Source: Gammaproteobacteria bacterium
GTDB lineage: Bacteria; Pseudomonadota; Gammaproteobacteria; UBA5335; SLRW01
Length of the DNA: 64,000 nucleotides
Direction: 5' to 3'
Assembly (NCBI GenBank): GCA_035638775.1
Contig: DASQZJ010000023.1
Coordinates: 10,827-74,826 of the forward strand
Under the pieces are notes generated by a model, which did not search any database, had not been told where the DNA came from, and saw only the letters and a program-made list of their open reading frames with translations. The number at the start of each line of letters is the position of its first letter. Position 1 is the first letter of the stretch. Below, one piece after another: positions 45,190-53,659 of this stretch. Made by a program: the position numbers and the translations under genes.

Positions 45190-45546
45190 ATGTCGAGGAA
45201 GGCCAAGGGCAAGCGCCCGATCTATTTCGAGAACCCCGAGAGCGACCGCCTGCTCGCGATCACGATGGCCGTGGCCGGCGAGCTCGCGGTGCTGCGGGAG
45301 CGGCTGGATACCGTCGAGCGCCTCGCCGAGGACCGGGGCCTGCTGCTGCGATCCGAGATCGAAAGCTACCGCGCCGACGAGGCCGTCGAGGACGAGCGCG
45401 AAGCCTGGCGTGCCGAGTACCTGGAGCGGGTCCTGCGGATCGTCCATCACGAGCTCGAATCCGAGCAGCAGGGCGAGACGCGCAGGAAATACGAGCGCGA
45501 GGTCCGCGACCATCTGCGGCAGGGAGCCGCCGAGATCGGTTCCTGA
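45190..45546 (+). CDS. Hypothetical helical, charged protein (118 aa)
   Basis: ORF 44347..45546 trimmed to ATG 45190 (GGGGAGGAGG RBS). MSRKAKGKRPIYFENPESDRLLAITMAVAGELAVLRERLDTVERLAE.. No family recognised. High GC3 is consistent with coding. Confidence 0.6.
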   Translation: MSRKAKGKRPIYFENPESDRLLAITMAVAGELAVLRERLDTVERLAEDRGLLLRSEIESYRADEAVEDEREAWRAEYLERVLRIVHHELESEQQGETRRKYEREVRDHLRQGAAEIGS

Positions 45547-45591
45547 AGACCGCAACTGCCGGCCCGCGAGCGAACCGGAGGAGGAGACGCG

Positions 45592-46749
45592 ATGAACGGT
45601 CAGACCCGACATGCAATGCTGCCGCAGGCGAGCCACGACGAGCTGGCGCGCCAGGCTTTCGTCCAGAGCTTCAAGATCCACCTGGCGAACGAGGTTTCGC
45701 CGGGCAACCGGGTGGTCTACGAGAAGCGCGTGCTCCCCGCCTTCGAGGAGCGCAACAAGCGCTCCTTCCGCGACCGCCACGAGGTGCGCAAGGCCATGAA
45801 CCGCGACGCCTATCATCAGCTGTGGTCGGCGCTGCAGCGCACCAGCCAGGAAATGATGTGGGATGCCGTCAGCACCAGCGTGGACCGCCAGGCCGAGCAG
45901 CTGGCCGCGAGGGCGCGGCAGTGCGACGGCGCCCCGGCGGGCAGCCTGCGGCTCGACCCCGACCTGCCCCTGCCGCGCTATCACGCCGCCGTCGACATCC
46001 ACTGCCAGCCGGGCGGCTATCACACGGAGCTGCGTGCGGACGACGTCGCCGCCGGCGCCATCTACGACCGGGCCGTCTACATCTACACCATGGGCCGGGC
46101 GGGCGCGCTCAACGACGACATGGGCAATTCCGTGGTGCTGCGGCTGCAGCGCGATTACCCGGACTTCCGCCCGCGCCGGATCCTGGACATGGGCTGCACC
46201 GTGGGGCACAGCACGCTGCCGTACGTGGATGCCTGGCCCGGGGCCGAGGTGCACGGCATCGACGTGGCGGCGCCGGTGCTGCGCTATGCCCACGGGCGGG
46301 CCGAGTCGCTCGGCAGGCGGGTGCACTTCTCGCAGCAGAATGCCGAGCACACCGACTTCGAGGACGAGAGCTTCGATCTCGTGGTCTCGCACATCCTGTT
46401 CCACGAGACGTCCGCCCGGGCACTGAAGAACATCGTCCGCGAGTGCCACCGGCTGCTCCGGCCCGGGGGCCTGATGGCCCACCTGGAGGTCCCGCCCTAT
46501 GCGGGCATGGATCTGTACGACCAGCACATGCTCGACTGGGATACCTACAACAACAACGAGCCCTTCTGGGGCGCGTCGCACGAGATCAGCTACGAGAAGC
46601 CCGGCACGGAGGCGGGCTTCGCCGCGGAGAACCTGGTCCAGACACTCACGCCCAGCGCGCTCGTGGATGCCCGCAAGCGTACCGGGGTCTTCCAGGGCGG
46701 GGACTTCGCGGGCGCCGGCCAGTGGTTCCTTTACCTGGGCCGCAAGTAG
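45592..46749 (+). CDS. Class I SAM-dependent methyltransferase with an about 190-aa N-terminal extension
   Basis: 385-aa ORF with a GGAGGAGGAG RBS. Motif I ILDMGCTVGHS, post-I HGIDV, motif II/III ..FDLVVSHILFHE.. ..LRPGGL. Confidence 0.8.
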   Translation: MNGQTRHAMLPQASHDELARQAFVQSFKIHLANEVSPGNRVVYEKRVLPAFEERNKRSFRDRHEVRKAMNRDAYHQLWSALQRTSQEMMWDAVSTSVDRQAEQLAARARQCDGAPAGSLRLDPDLPLPRYHAAVDIHCQPGGYHTELRADDVAAGAIYDRAVYIYTMGRAGALNDDMGNSVVLRLQRDYPDFRPRRILDMGCTVGHSTLPYVDAWPGAEVHGIDVAAPVLRYAHGRAESLGRRVHFSQQNAEHTDFEDESFDLVVSHILFHETSARALKNIVRECHRLLRPGGLMAHLEVPPYAGMDLYDQHMLDWDTYNNNEPFWGASHEISYEKPGTEAGFAAENLVQTLTPSALVDARKRTGVFQGGDFAGAGQWFLYLGRK

Positions 46750-46793
46750 CCGCGGCCCGAGCGAGCGGCGCCGGCGGCGCCGGGAGGTGCGAG

Positions 46794-47204
46794 ATGACGA
46801 GCGCGGCCCGCCTGGAAGGGGATATCGGCGATCCCGACTGGAAGAAGCGCCGGGTCCTGGAGCTGCTCGACGGGGCGCTGGTCCCGGGAGACAGGGAGCG
46901 TCTGCAGGAGCTGGTTTCCCCGGAGGTGAAGATCGTGTTCCCGGGCTTCGAGGCCCGCGGGCACGCCGGCGTCGACGAGCTGCTGGCGATGATCGACACG
47001 CTCTTCGACGGCTGTCCGACCAAGTCGTACGACCTCTGGATCTGCGAGGCCGACGCCGTGAACGTGCACGGGGTCCTCTACGGGCGCATGAAGGACGGCC
47101 GCTCGATGGACGGGACCCGGTACACGGACACGTTCCGGTTCGGGCCCGACGGGCGCGTCACGCACTGGCTGGTGTTCAACGACCTGGCGCTGCTGCCGGC
47201 GTAG
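46794..47204 (+). CDS. SnoaL/NTF2-like fold protein (136 aa)
   Basis: ORF 45822..47204 trimmed to ATG 46794 (GGGAGG RBS). ..LVSPEVKIVFPG.. ..DTFRFGPDGRVTHWLVFNDLA is the NTF2-like C-terminal pattern. Confidence 0.7.
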   Translation: MTSAARLEGDIGDPDWKKRRVLELLDGALVPGDRERLQELVSPEVKIVFPGFEARGHAGVDELLAMIDTLFDGCPTKSYDLWICEADAVNVHGVLYGRMKDGRSMDGTRYTDTFRFGPDGRVTHWLVFNDLALLPA

Positions 47205-47254
47205 TGCCCGCCTGACGATCCGGCCCGCCCGCCGCCCGCACAGGAGCTGCAGCC

Positions 47255-49315
47255 ATGACCGAAACCACCCGTTCCCGCGCGGCCGACGTGCGCGCCGACC
47301 AGCTCCGGCTGATCTTCCAGCCGCTCAGCATCGGCAGCACCGAGGTCAGGAACCGCATCATGATGACCGCCCAGAGCACGCTCTACGGCGACGACAACAT
47401 CCTGGGAAACCGCCACATCGAGTACTACCGCGAGCGCGCCCGGGGCGGCTGCGCGCTGTTCATCTGCGAGCAGCAGGGGGCGCACCCGTATGCCAAGGGC
47501 TCCTTCCACAACGGCTGTTCGGCCTGGGACCCCGAGTCGGTGCCGAAGTACGCCCGCCTCGCCGAGGCGGTGCACGAGCACGGCGCGCGCCAGTTCGTGC
47601 AGCTCTACGCCCCGGGCGTGCACGACAAGGGCACCACCATCATCGACCAGTGGCATCCCCTGTGGGGCGCGTCGCGCACCATGTCGGTGGTGCACCGCGA
47701 GGTGCCGATGGTGATGGAGCAGGAGCATATCGACGACCTGGTGCGCGGTTTCGGCAAGTCCGCGCTCAACGCGAAGGTGGCCGGGATCGACGGGGTCGAG
47801 CTGCACGCCGCGCACAGCTACATGTTCGGCCAGTTCCTGAGCCCCGCGTACAACAAGCGCACCGACGCCTACGGCGGCTCGGTACGTAACCGCTGCCGCA
47901 TTGTCATCGAGGCCGGCGAGGAGGTTCGCCGGCGGGTCGGGACCGACTTCACGGTCGGGGTGCGGCTGTCGTTCGACGAGTTCATGGGCGAGGCGGGCAT
48001 CACGCCCGGGATGTCCGAGGAGATGCTTGACATCCTCGCCGACACGGGCCTGTTCGACTTCTTCAACATCTCGGGGGGCGGCTATCACACGCTGCACCTG
48101 GCGGTGGCGCCGATGTCGGTGGACTACGGTTTCATGCTGCCGTTCGGCAAGCGGGCGAAGGCCGTGGTCGGCGACCGGGCGAAGATCTTCATCGTGGGCC
48201 GGATCGTGGACCTGAAGATGGCCGAGGACGCGATCCGCGACGGCGCCGCCGACATGGTGGCGATGACCCGCGCGCAGATGGCCGAGCCGCAGATGATCCG
48301 CAAGACCCTGGAGGGCCGGCAGCAGGAGATCATCGGCTGCATGGGCGCCAACGAGTGCGTAGCCCGCACCTTCGAGAACCGGCCCTCGGTCTGCCTGGTC
48401 AACCCCACGGTCGGTCGGGAGGCCCGCTGGGGGACCGGCAAGCTGCGCCCGGTGGCTCCGGCCGACGCGCGGCACGTGGTGGTGGTCGGCGGCGGTCCCG
48501 GCGGCATGCACACGGCCCAGGTCGCCGCGCGCCGCGGCCACCGGGTGACCCTGCTCGAGCGCGACGCCGAGCCCGGCGGCAACCTGCGCCTGCTCATGGC
48601 GATGCCCACCCGGCAGGAATGGGGCATCGCCATCGACAACCTGCAGCGCGCCATGGCCGCCGCCGGCGTGACGGTGCGCACGGGTGTCGAGGCCGATCCC
48701 GACGTGATCGCGGCGGAGCAGCCCGAGATCGTCGTGGTGGCCACCGGATCACGCTACGTCACCACCGGCTACAGCCAGTACCGCCCCGAGCGGCCGGCGT
48801 TGCCGGGGCACGAGCAGGACAACGTGATCGACGTCGAGACCGCCGTGCAGCGCGCGCTGAAGGACCCGGCGGCGCTCGGGCGCAAGGTGCTTATCCTGGA
48901 CCAGACCGGGGATTACCTGCCGGTCGGCCTGGCCGAGATCCTGTCGCAGACCGGGAACCGCGAGGTCGAGCTGATCTCCCCCAACGAGGTGATCGGCGAG
49001 GACATCATGCGGCGGCTGGAGTATCCCCACGTGATCCCGCGCCTGACCGCCGCCGGCGTGCGCCTGTCACCGTCCTGCTTCGTCGAGCGGATCGAGGGCG
49101 ACAGCGTGGAGATCTATCCGGTATGGGGCGGACCTTCCCGCACGGAGCGGGAGGTCGACACGGTCGTCGTGGCGATCGAGCGGGTGCCCGCGGACGCGCT
49201 CTACTTCGCCTGCCGCGAGCGCTTCCCCCTGGTCCACCGCGTGGGCGACTGCGTGGCGCCGCGTCGGCCCGCCGCCGTGACCTACGAGGCCGAGGAACTG
49301 GGCCGCCGGCTCTGA
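47255..49315 (+). CDS. OYE (FMN, 4Fe-4S) plus FAD/NAD(P)-binding reductase, FadH-like, paralog 2
   Basis: 686-aa ORF. ..GIDGVELHAAHSYMFGQFLSP..NKRTD.YGGS.. ..CMGANECVAR.. ..VVVGGGPGGMHTA.. It has the same architecture as CDS 29247..31331. Confidence 0.85.
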   Translation: MTETTRSRAADVRADQLRLIFQPLSIGSTEVRNRIMMTAQSTLYGDDNILGNRHIEYYRERARGGCALFICEQQGAHPYAKGSFHNGCSAWDPESVPKYARLAEAVHEHGARQFVQLYAPGVHDKGTTIIDQWHPLWGASRTMSVVHREVPMVMEQEHIDDLVRGFGKSALNAKVAGIDGVELHAAHSYMFGQFLSPAYNKRTDAYGGSVRNRCRIVIEAGEEVRRRVGTDFTVGVRLSFDEFMGEAGITPGMSEEMLDILADTGLFDFFNISGGGYHTLHLAVAPMSVDYGFMLPFGKRAKAVVGDRAKIFIVGRIVDLKMAEDAIRDGAADMVAMTRAQMAEPQMIRKTLEGRQQEIIGCMGANECVARTFENRPSVCLVNPTVGREARWGTGKLRPVAPADARHVVVVGGGPGGMHTAQVAARRGHRVTLLERDAEPGGNLRLLMAMPTRQEWGIAIDNLQRAMAAAGVTVRTGVEADPDVIAAEQPEIVVVATGSRYVTTGYSQYRPERPALPGHEQDNVIDVETAVQRALKDPAALGRKVLILDQTGDYLPVGLAEILSQTGNREVELISPNEVIGEDIMRRLEYPHVIPRLTAAGVRLSPSCFVERIEGDSVEIYPVWGGPSRTEREVDTVVVAIERVPADALYFACRERFPLVHRVGDCVAPRRPAAVTYEAEELGRRL

Positions 49316-49326
49316 GGAGAACCATC

Positions 49327-50082
49327 ATGGGGATGCTGGACGGACGCGTGGCGCTGGTCACCGGCGCGGCGAGCGGGATCGGTCGGGGCGTGGCGCTGGC
49401 GTTCGCCGCCGAGGGTGCCGCGGTGGCGGTCAACCATCCGGGCGGCGACCAGGCGCACGCGGCCGCGGAGGTCGCCGACCGGGCGCGGGCGGGGGGCGCC
49501 CGGGCCATGGCGGCGGCGGCGGACGTTTCGGACGAGCAGGCGGTGGCGGACATGGTCGCGGCAGTGGAGCGCGAGATCGGCCCCGTGGACATCCTGGTCA
49601 ACTGCGCGGGCATCGCCGCCAGTGCGCCGGTGGAGGAAATGCCTGCGGCGACCTGGGACCGGGTGATCGCGGTGCACCTGCGCGGCACGTTCCTGTGCAC
49701 CCGGGCGGTGCTGCCCGGGATGTACGCGCGCAACCGGGGCCGCATCATCAATACCGCCTCGCAGCTCGCCTACAAGGGTGCGCCGGGATTTTCCGCCTAT
49801 ACCGCGGCGAAAGGCGGGATCCTGTCGTTCTCCCGCTCCCTGGCGCTGGAGATCGGTCCCCGCGAGATCAACGTCAACGTGGTCGCGCCGGGCGCCACCA
49901 TGACCCCGATGCTCGAGGACGTGCCGCGGGAGGTCCTCGAGGCGATCCGCCAGACCATTCCACGTGGCCGGCTGGCCGAGGTCGACGACATCGTTCCCAC
50001 CTACGTGTTCCTGGCCAGCGACCGGGCCCGCCACTACGTGGGGCAATGCCTCAGCCCCAACGGCGGAGACGTCTTCCTCTGA
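49327..50082 (+). CDS. Short-chain dehydrogenase/reductase (FabG-like)
   Basis: ORF 48355..50082 trimmed to ATG 49327 (GAGGAGAACC RBS). TGAASGIG, NCAG, S..YKGAPGFSAYTAAK catalytic Ser-Tyr-Lys. Confidence 0.9.
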   Translation: MGMLDGRVALVTGAASGIGRGVALAFAAEGAAVAVNHPGGDQAHAAAEVADRARAGGARAMAAAADVSDEQAVADMVAAVEREIGPVDILVNCAGIAASAPVEEMPAATWDRVIAVHLRGTFLCTRAVLPGMYARNRGRIINTASQLAYKGAPGFSAYTAAKGGILSFSRSLALEIGPREINVNVVAPGATMTPMLEDVPREVLEAIRQTIPRGRLAEVDDIVPTYVFLASDRARHYVGQCLSPNGGDVFL

Positions 50083-50106
50083 GCCCGGCCGGGTCCGTCG
50101 GCCAAG

Positions 50107-50136
50107 GCGCCCCCTTCCCCGGGGGCGCTTCTGTTT
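50107..50136 (+). terminator. Rho-independent terminator after the SDR gene
   Basis: GCGCCCCC-ttcccc-GGGGGCGC followed by TTCTGTTT, 25 nt after stop 50082. Confidence 0.55.
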
Positions 50137-50311
50137 GGGTCTTCGGACCGGCTGTTCCGCATCTGTAACGCGGGTGTGTCAGCGGGGTAACAACCGCCGG
50201 CAGCCCCGGCTCGGACGGGGCTGTGCGGCGGGCCGCGTGTCCGCTGCCGGAGGCGCTAACGGCAGGAAAAACAGGCAAAAGCATCCGCATTCGGTGCCTT
50301 GGCCCGGGAGT

Positions 50312-50327
50312 TGGCACAGCGCTTGCT
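50312..50327 (+). promoter_or_regulatory. Canonical sigma-54 (-24/-12) promoter
   Basis: TTGGCACAGCGCTTGCTT is an exact TGGCAC-N5-TTGCT, about 110 nt upstream of ATG 50436. An A-rich tract (GGAAAAACAGGCAAAAGC) lies just upstream and may be a bending site. Confidence 0.7.
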
Positions 50328-50435
50328 TCACAGGGAGTCGAGCGATCGCACCGCACGGCGGCGCGCCAGGGAAGACTGGCACCGGCAGGAATACCGATTC
50401 ACAGACCGCAACGAGAAACGAAGGCCGCGACGGCG

Positions 50436-51635
50436 ATGAAAGCGCTGGAAGGAATCAAGGTCATCGACCTCACCCACATGCTCTCCGGCCCCTACGGCAC
50501 GATGCTGCTGGCCGACCTCGGCGCGACCACGATCAAGGTCGAGCCGCCCGGCCGCGGCGAGGGGACCCGCAAGCTGCTGGCCGACAACCCCCGCTACTCG
50601 GTAAAGGGCATGGGGGCCTACTTCTTCACGCTCAACCGCAACAAGCGCAGCGTCTGCATCGACCTCAAGTCGGAGCAGGGCAAGGCCGTCTTCCTGGACC
50701 TGGTGCGCGCCTGCGACGTGGTGTTCGACAACTTCAGCGCCGGCGTTCCGGCCCGCCTGGGGATCGATCACGAGGCGCTCGCCGCCGTGAACCCGCGGAT
50801 CATCACCTGCAGCGTCACCGGCTTCGGCGAGACCGGCCCCGACAACCTCCGGCCAGCCTTCGACCAGGTGATCCAGGGCATGGGCGGGGGCATGTCGATC
50901 ACCGGCTATCCGGACGGCGGCCCGCTGCGCGCCGGCATCCCCATCGGCGACCTCGCGGGCGGCATGTTCGGCGCCATGGGCGTGCTTTCCGCGCTGGTGG
51001 CGCGCGAGAAGACCGGCAAGGGCCAGCACCTGGACGTGTCGATGCTGGACTGCCAGATCTCCCTGCTGAACTACATGGCGACGATGTTCTTCCTCTCGGG
51101 CGAAAACCCTCACCCGCTGGGTAACGGGCACTTTGTCCATGTGCCGTACAACACCTTCGCCACCAGCGACGGCTGGATCATCATCGCGGTGATCTTCGAC
51201 AGCTTCTGGCTGAACCTGCTGAAGGTCATCGACGTGCCCGAGCTCCGGATCGAGAAGTACCACACCCAGCCGGGCCGCTTCGAGGATCGGGAGTTCATCA
51301 ACGCCCGCCTCGGCGAGGTTCTGCGCACCAACACCACCGAGCACTGGCTGCGCGAGCTGCGCGCCGAGCGCATCCCCTGCGCCCCGGTGAACAACTTCGA
51401 GCAGGCCCTCAACGACAGCCAGGTCCGCTACCGGAACATGGTGGTGAAGGTCCGGCACCCGGAGAACGGCGAAGTCGAGATGCCCGGCAACCCGATCAAG
51501 ATGTCGGAGACCTGCGAGGACAGCTACGCCCCGCCCCCGCTGCTGGGACAGGACACGGACGAGGTCCTGCGCGAGCTGCTGGGCATGGATGCCGAGCGCC
51601 TCCGCGCGCTGCGCGAGGCGGGAGTCATAGGTTGA
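50436..51635 (+). CDS. Family III CoA-transferase (CaiB/BaiF/Frc family)
   Basis: ORF 50223..51635 trimmed to ATG 50436. MKALEGIKVIDLTHMLSGPYGTMLLADLGA..IKVE.P..G.. ..NRNKRS..IDLK.. ..DV...NF.. is the hallmark N-terminus. Confidence 0.9.
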   Translation: MKALEGIKVIDLTHMLSGPYGTMLLADLGATTIKVEPPGRGEGTRKLLADNPRYSVKGMGAYFFTLNRNKRSVCIDLKSEQGKAVFLDLVRACDVVFDNFSAGVPARLGIDHEALAAVNPRIITCSVTGFGETGPDNLRPAFDQVIQGMGGGMSITGYPDGGPLRAGIPIGDLAGGMFGAMGVLSALVAREKTGKGQHLDVSMLDCQISLLNYMATMFFLSGENPHPLGNGHFVHVPYNTFATSDGWIIIAVIFDSFWLNLLKVIDVPELRIEKYHTQPGRFEDREFINARLGEVLRTNTTEHWLRELRAERIPCAPVNNFEQALNDSQVRYRNMVVKVRHPENGEVEMPGNPIKMSETCEDSYAPPPLLGQDTDEVLRELLGMDAERLRALREAGVIG

Positions 51636-51641
51636 ATCGTC

Positions 51642-52577
51642 ATGGCTGAACAGGAATTCGTCAGCGTCAACGAGGTCGGGCTGCGCGACGGGCTGCAGAA
51701 CCAGTCGGTGCAGGTCCCCATCGAGGGCAAGCTGCGCCTGGCACGGGCCCTTGCCGACGCCGGCTTGCGCAGCATGGAGGCGACCAGCTTCGTGTCGCCG
51801 CGGGCGGTGCCGCAGATGGCGGATGCCGCCGAGCTGTTCCCGGCGCTGCCGCGCCCCGATGAAATCGACTACTCCGCCCTGATCCCCAACAGGAAGGGCT
51901 ACGAGCGTGCCCTGGAGGCCGGTGTTCGCTCGGTCGCGGTGGTGCTGGCGGCGACCGACACCATGAACCGCAAGAACATCAACATGTCGCTCGCCGAGAC
52001 TCGCCGGGTCTGCGCCGACGTGGTCGCGCGCGCGAAGCGTGACGGCGTTCACAGCCGCGCCTACGTGGCTGTGGCATTTGAATGTCCCTACGAGGGACGC
52101 GTGTCCGCGCAGCGCACAACGGAGCTCACGGAAGAGATGTTCGGGGCCGGTGCCGACGAGGTCATCATCGCCGACACCATCGGGGCGGCGAACCCCTCCG
52201 CATCGTTCGACCGCTTCAGCGGGCTCGCGGAACGCTTCGACCCGGAGCGCCTGTGCGCCCACTTCCACGACACCCGCGCGCTGGCCCTGGCCAACGCCTG
52301 GGCCGCCCTGCACGCGGGGATCCGCCGTTTCGACAGCTCCATCGGCGGCCTGGGGGGCTGCCCGTTCGCGCCGGGTGCCGCGGGCAACGTGGCGACCGAG
52401 GACCTGGTGCTGATGCTCGGGATGTGCGGCTTCCGCACCGGCATCGATGTTCCCGGTCTGCGTCGCGCCGTCGAGGTCGCCTCGGAGCTGGTCGGCCGCG
52501 AGCTCGGTGGACGCATGACGGCGTGGCTGCGCTCGCAGGACCGCCGGGACGGCTCCGGCAAGGGAGATGCGGGGTAA
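51642..52577 (+). CDS. Hydroxymethylglutaryl-CoA lyase-like (HMGL/DRE-TIM) acyl-CoA lyase
   Basis: 311-aa ORF. ..VNEVGLRDGLQN.. ..E.TSFVSP..VPQMAD.. ..ADTIG.. ..HFHDTRA.ALAN..AAL..G...FDSS.GGLGGCPFAPGA.GN..TEDLV. Confidence 0.85.
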   Translation: MAEQEFVSVNEVGLRDGLQNQSVQVPIEGKLRLARALADAGLRSMEATSFVSPRAVPQMADAAELFPALPRPDEIDYSALIPNRKGYERALEAGVRSVAVVLAATDTMNRKNINMSLAETRRVCADVVARAKRDGVHSRAYVAVAFECPYEGRVSAQRTTELTEEMFGAGADEVIIADTIGAANPSASFDRFSGLAERFDPERLCAHFHDTRALALANAWAALHAGIRRFDSSIGGLGGCPFAPGAAGNVATEDLVLMLGMCGFRTGIDVPGLRRAVEVASELVGRELGGRMTAWLRSQDRRDGSGKGDAG

Positions 52578-53659
52578 TGGCATTGCGCTGGGAGGAAACG
52601 TCCATGCGCGGGGGCGGTCCGGCCGAAGGCGGGGTCGATCGGCATGCGGAGCGTCGCGGACTCGCGGCCCGGCTCCGGGCCGGCGTGCTCGGCCTGATCC
52701 CGTGGGCGGTGATCGCGCTGCTGCTGATCGCGGCGTTCACGGTGCGTCCGGGTGCCGTGGGCAAGGCCGTGCAGCCGCCGCCGATCTCGCGCCAGGACGA
52801 CTTCTACGGCATCGCCCATCCAGCACCGCAGGTGCTCTGGCTCGCCGGCAACCTCGGCAAGATCGTGCGCAGCGACGACGGCGGACGCTCCTGGACCGTC
52901 CAGGAGACCCCGACCCGGCGCAACCTCCAGGCCATCGCCGCCTGGAACGCGAACGACGCCGTCGCCGTGGGCGACGGGGCGACCGTGCTGGTGACCGACG
53001 ACGGCGGGCGGAGCTGGAAGCAGGTTGCGGCCCCGCACTCCAAGGTCGCGGACAAGTTCATCCGCGTACGGATCATGCCGGACGGCAGCGCCTGGATCGT
53101 GGGCGTCATGGGCGCGGTCCTCGAGTCCACCGACCACGGCCGCACCTGGACCCGCAAGGCACCGGTCGAGGACGTCGCGCGCAACGACATCGCCGGCGTC
53201 GGGGACAGTCGCTGGGTGGTGGGTGAGTTCGGCAGCATCCTGGTCTCGCGCGATGGCGGTGCCACCTGGTCGAAGGACACGGCGCCGGTGCAGAACACGC
53301 TGAACGGCGTTCGTTTCCGCGACGCCGAGCACGGCGTCGCGGTGGGCCTGCAGGGCACGATCCTGGTGACGGACGACGGCGGGCGCAGCTGGAAGCAGGT
53401 GACGGGGGTGACCGGTGAGCACCTGTTCGCGGTGGCCTGGGACGGCCACCGGTGGATGGCCGCGGGCGCCGACGGGGTGGTGCTCTCGGCGCCGCCGCCG
53501 GCCCGCGACTGGAAAGCCTCACGCGTCGCGCCGCGGGACTTCGCCTGGCATACCGACCTGGTTCCGGCCGCCGGCGGCGGCTGGTACCTGGTCGGCGCCG
53601 ACGTCGGCGCACTGGGCCAGGGCGGCTGGCGGGTGTTCAACGGAGGGAAGAGCTCGTGA
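52577..53659 (+). CDS. Membrane-anchored BNR/Ycf48-like beta-propeller protein
   Basis: ORF 52082..53659 trimmed. ATG 52577 overlaps the upstream TAA by 1 nt. An alternative ATG at 52604 has a GGAGGA RBS. One TM (GVLGLIPWAVIALLLIAAF), then reiterated S/T-D-D/H-G-G-R/A-S/T-W motifs (SDDGGRSW, TDDGGRSW x2, TDHGRTW, RDGGATW). Confidence 0.8.
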   Translation: MALRWEETSMRGGGPAEGGVDRHAERRGLAARLRAGVLGLIPWAVIALLLIAAFTVRPGAVGKAVQPPPISRQDDFYGIAHPAPQVLWLAGNLGKIVRSDDGGRSWTVQETPTRRNLQAIAAWNANDAVAVGDGATVLVTDDGGRSWKQVAAPHSKVADKFIRVRIMPDGSAWIVGVMGAVLESTDHGRTWTRKAPVEDVARNDIAGVGDSRWVVGEFGSILVSRDGGATWSKDTAPVQNTLNGVRFRDAEHGVAVGLQGTILVTDDGGRSWKQVTGVTGEHLFAVAWDGHRWMAAGADGVVLSAPPPARDWKASRVAPRDFAWHTDLVPAAGGGWYLVGADVGALGQGGWRVFNGGKSS

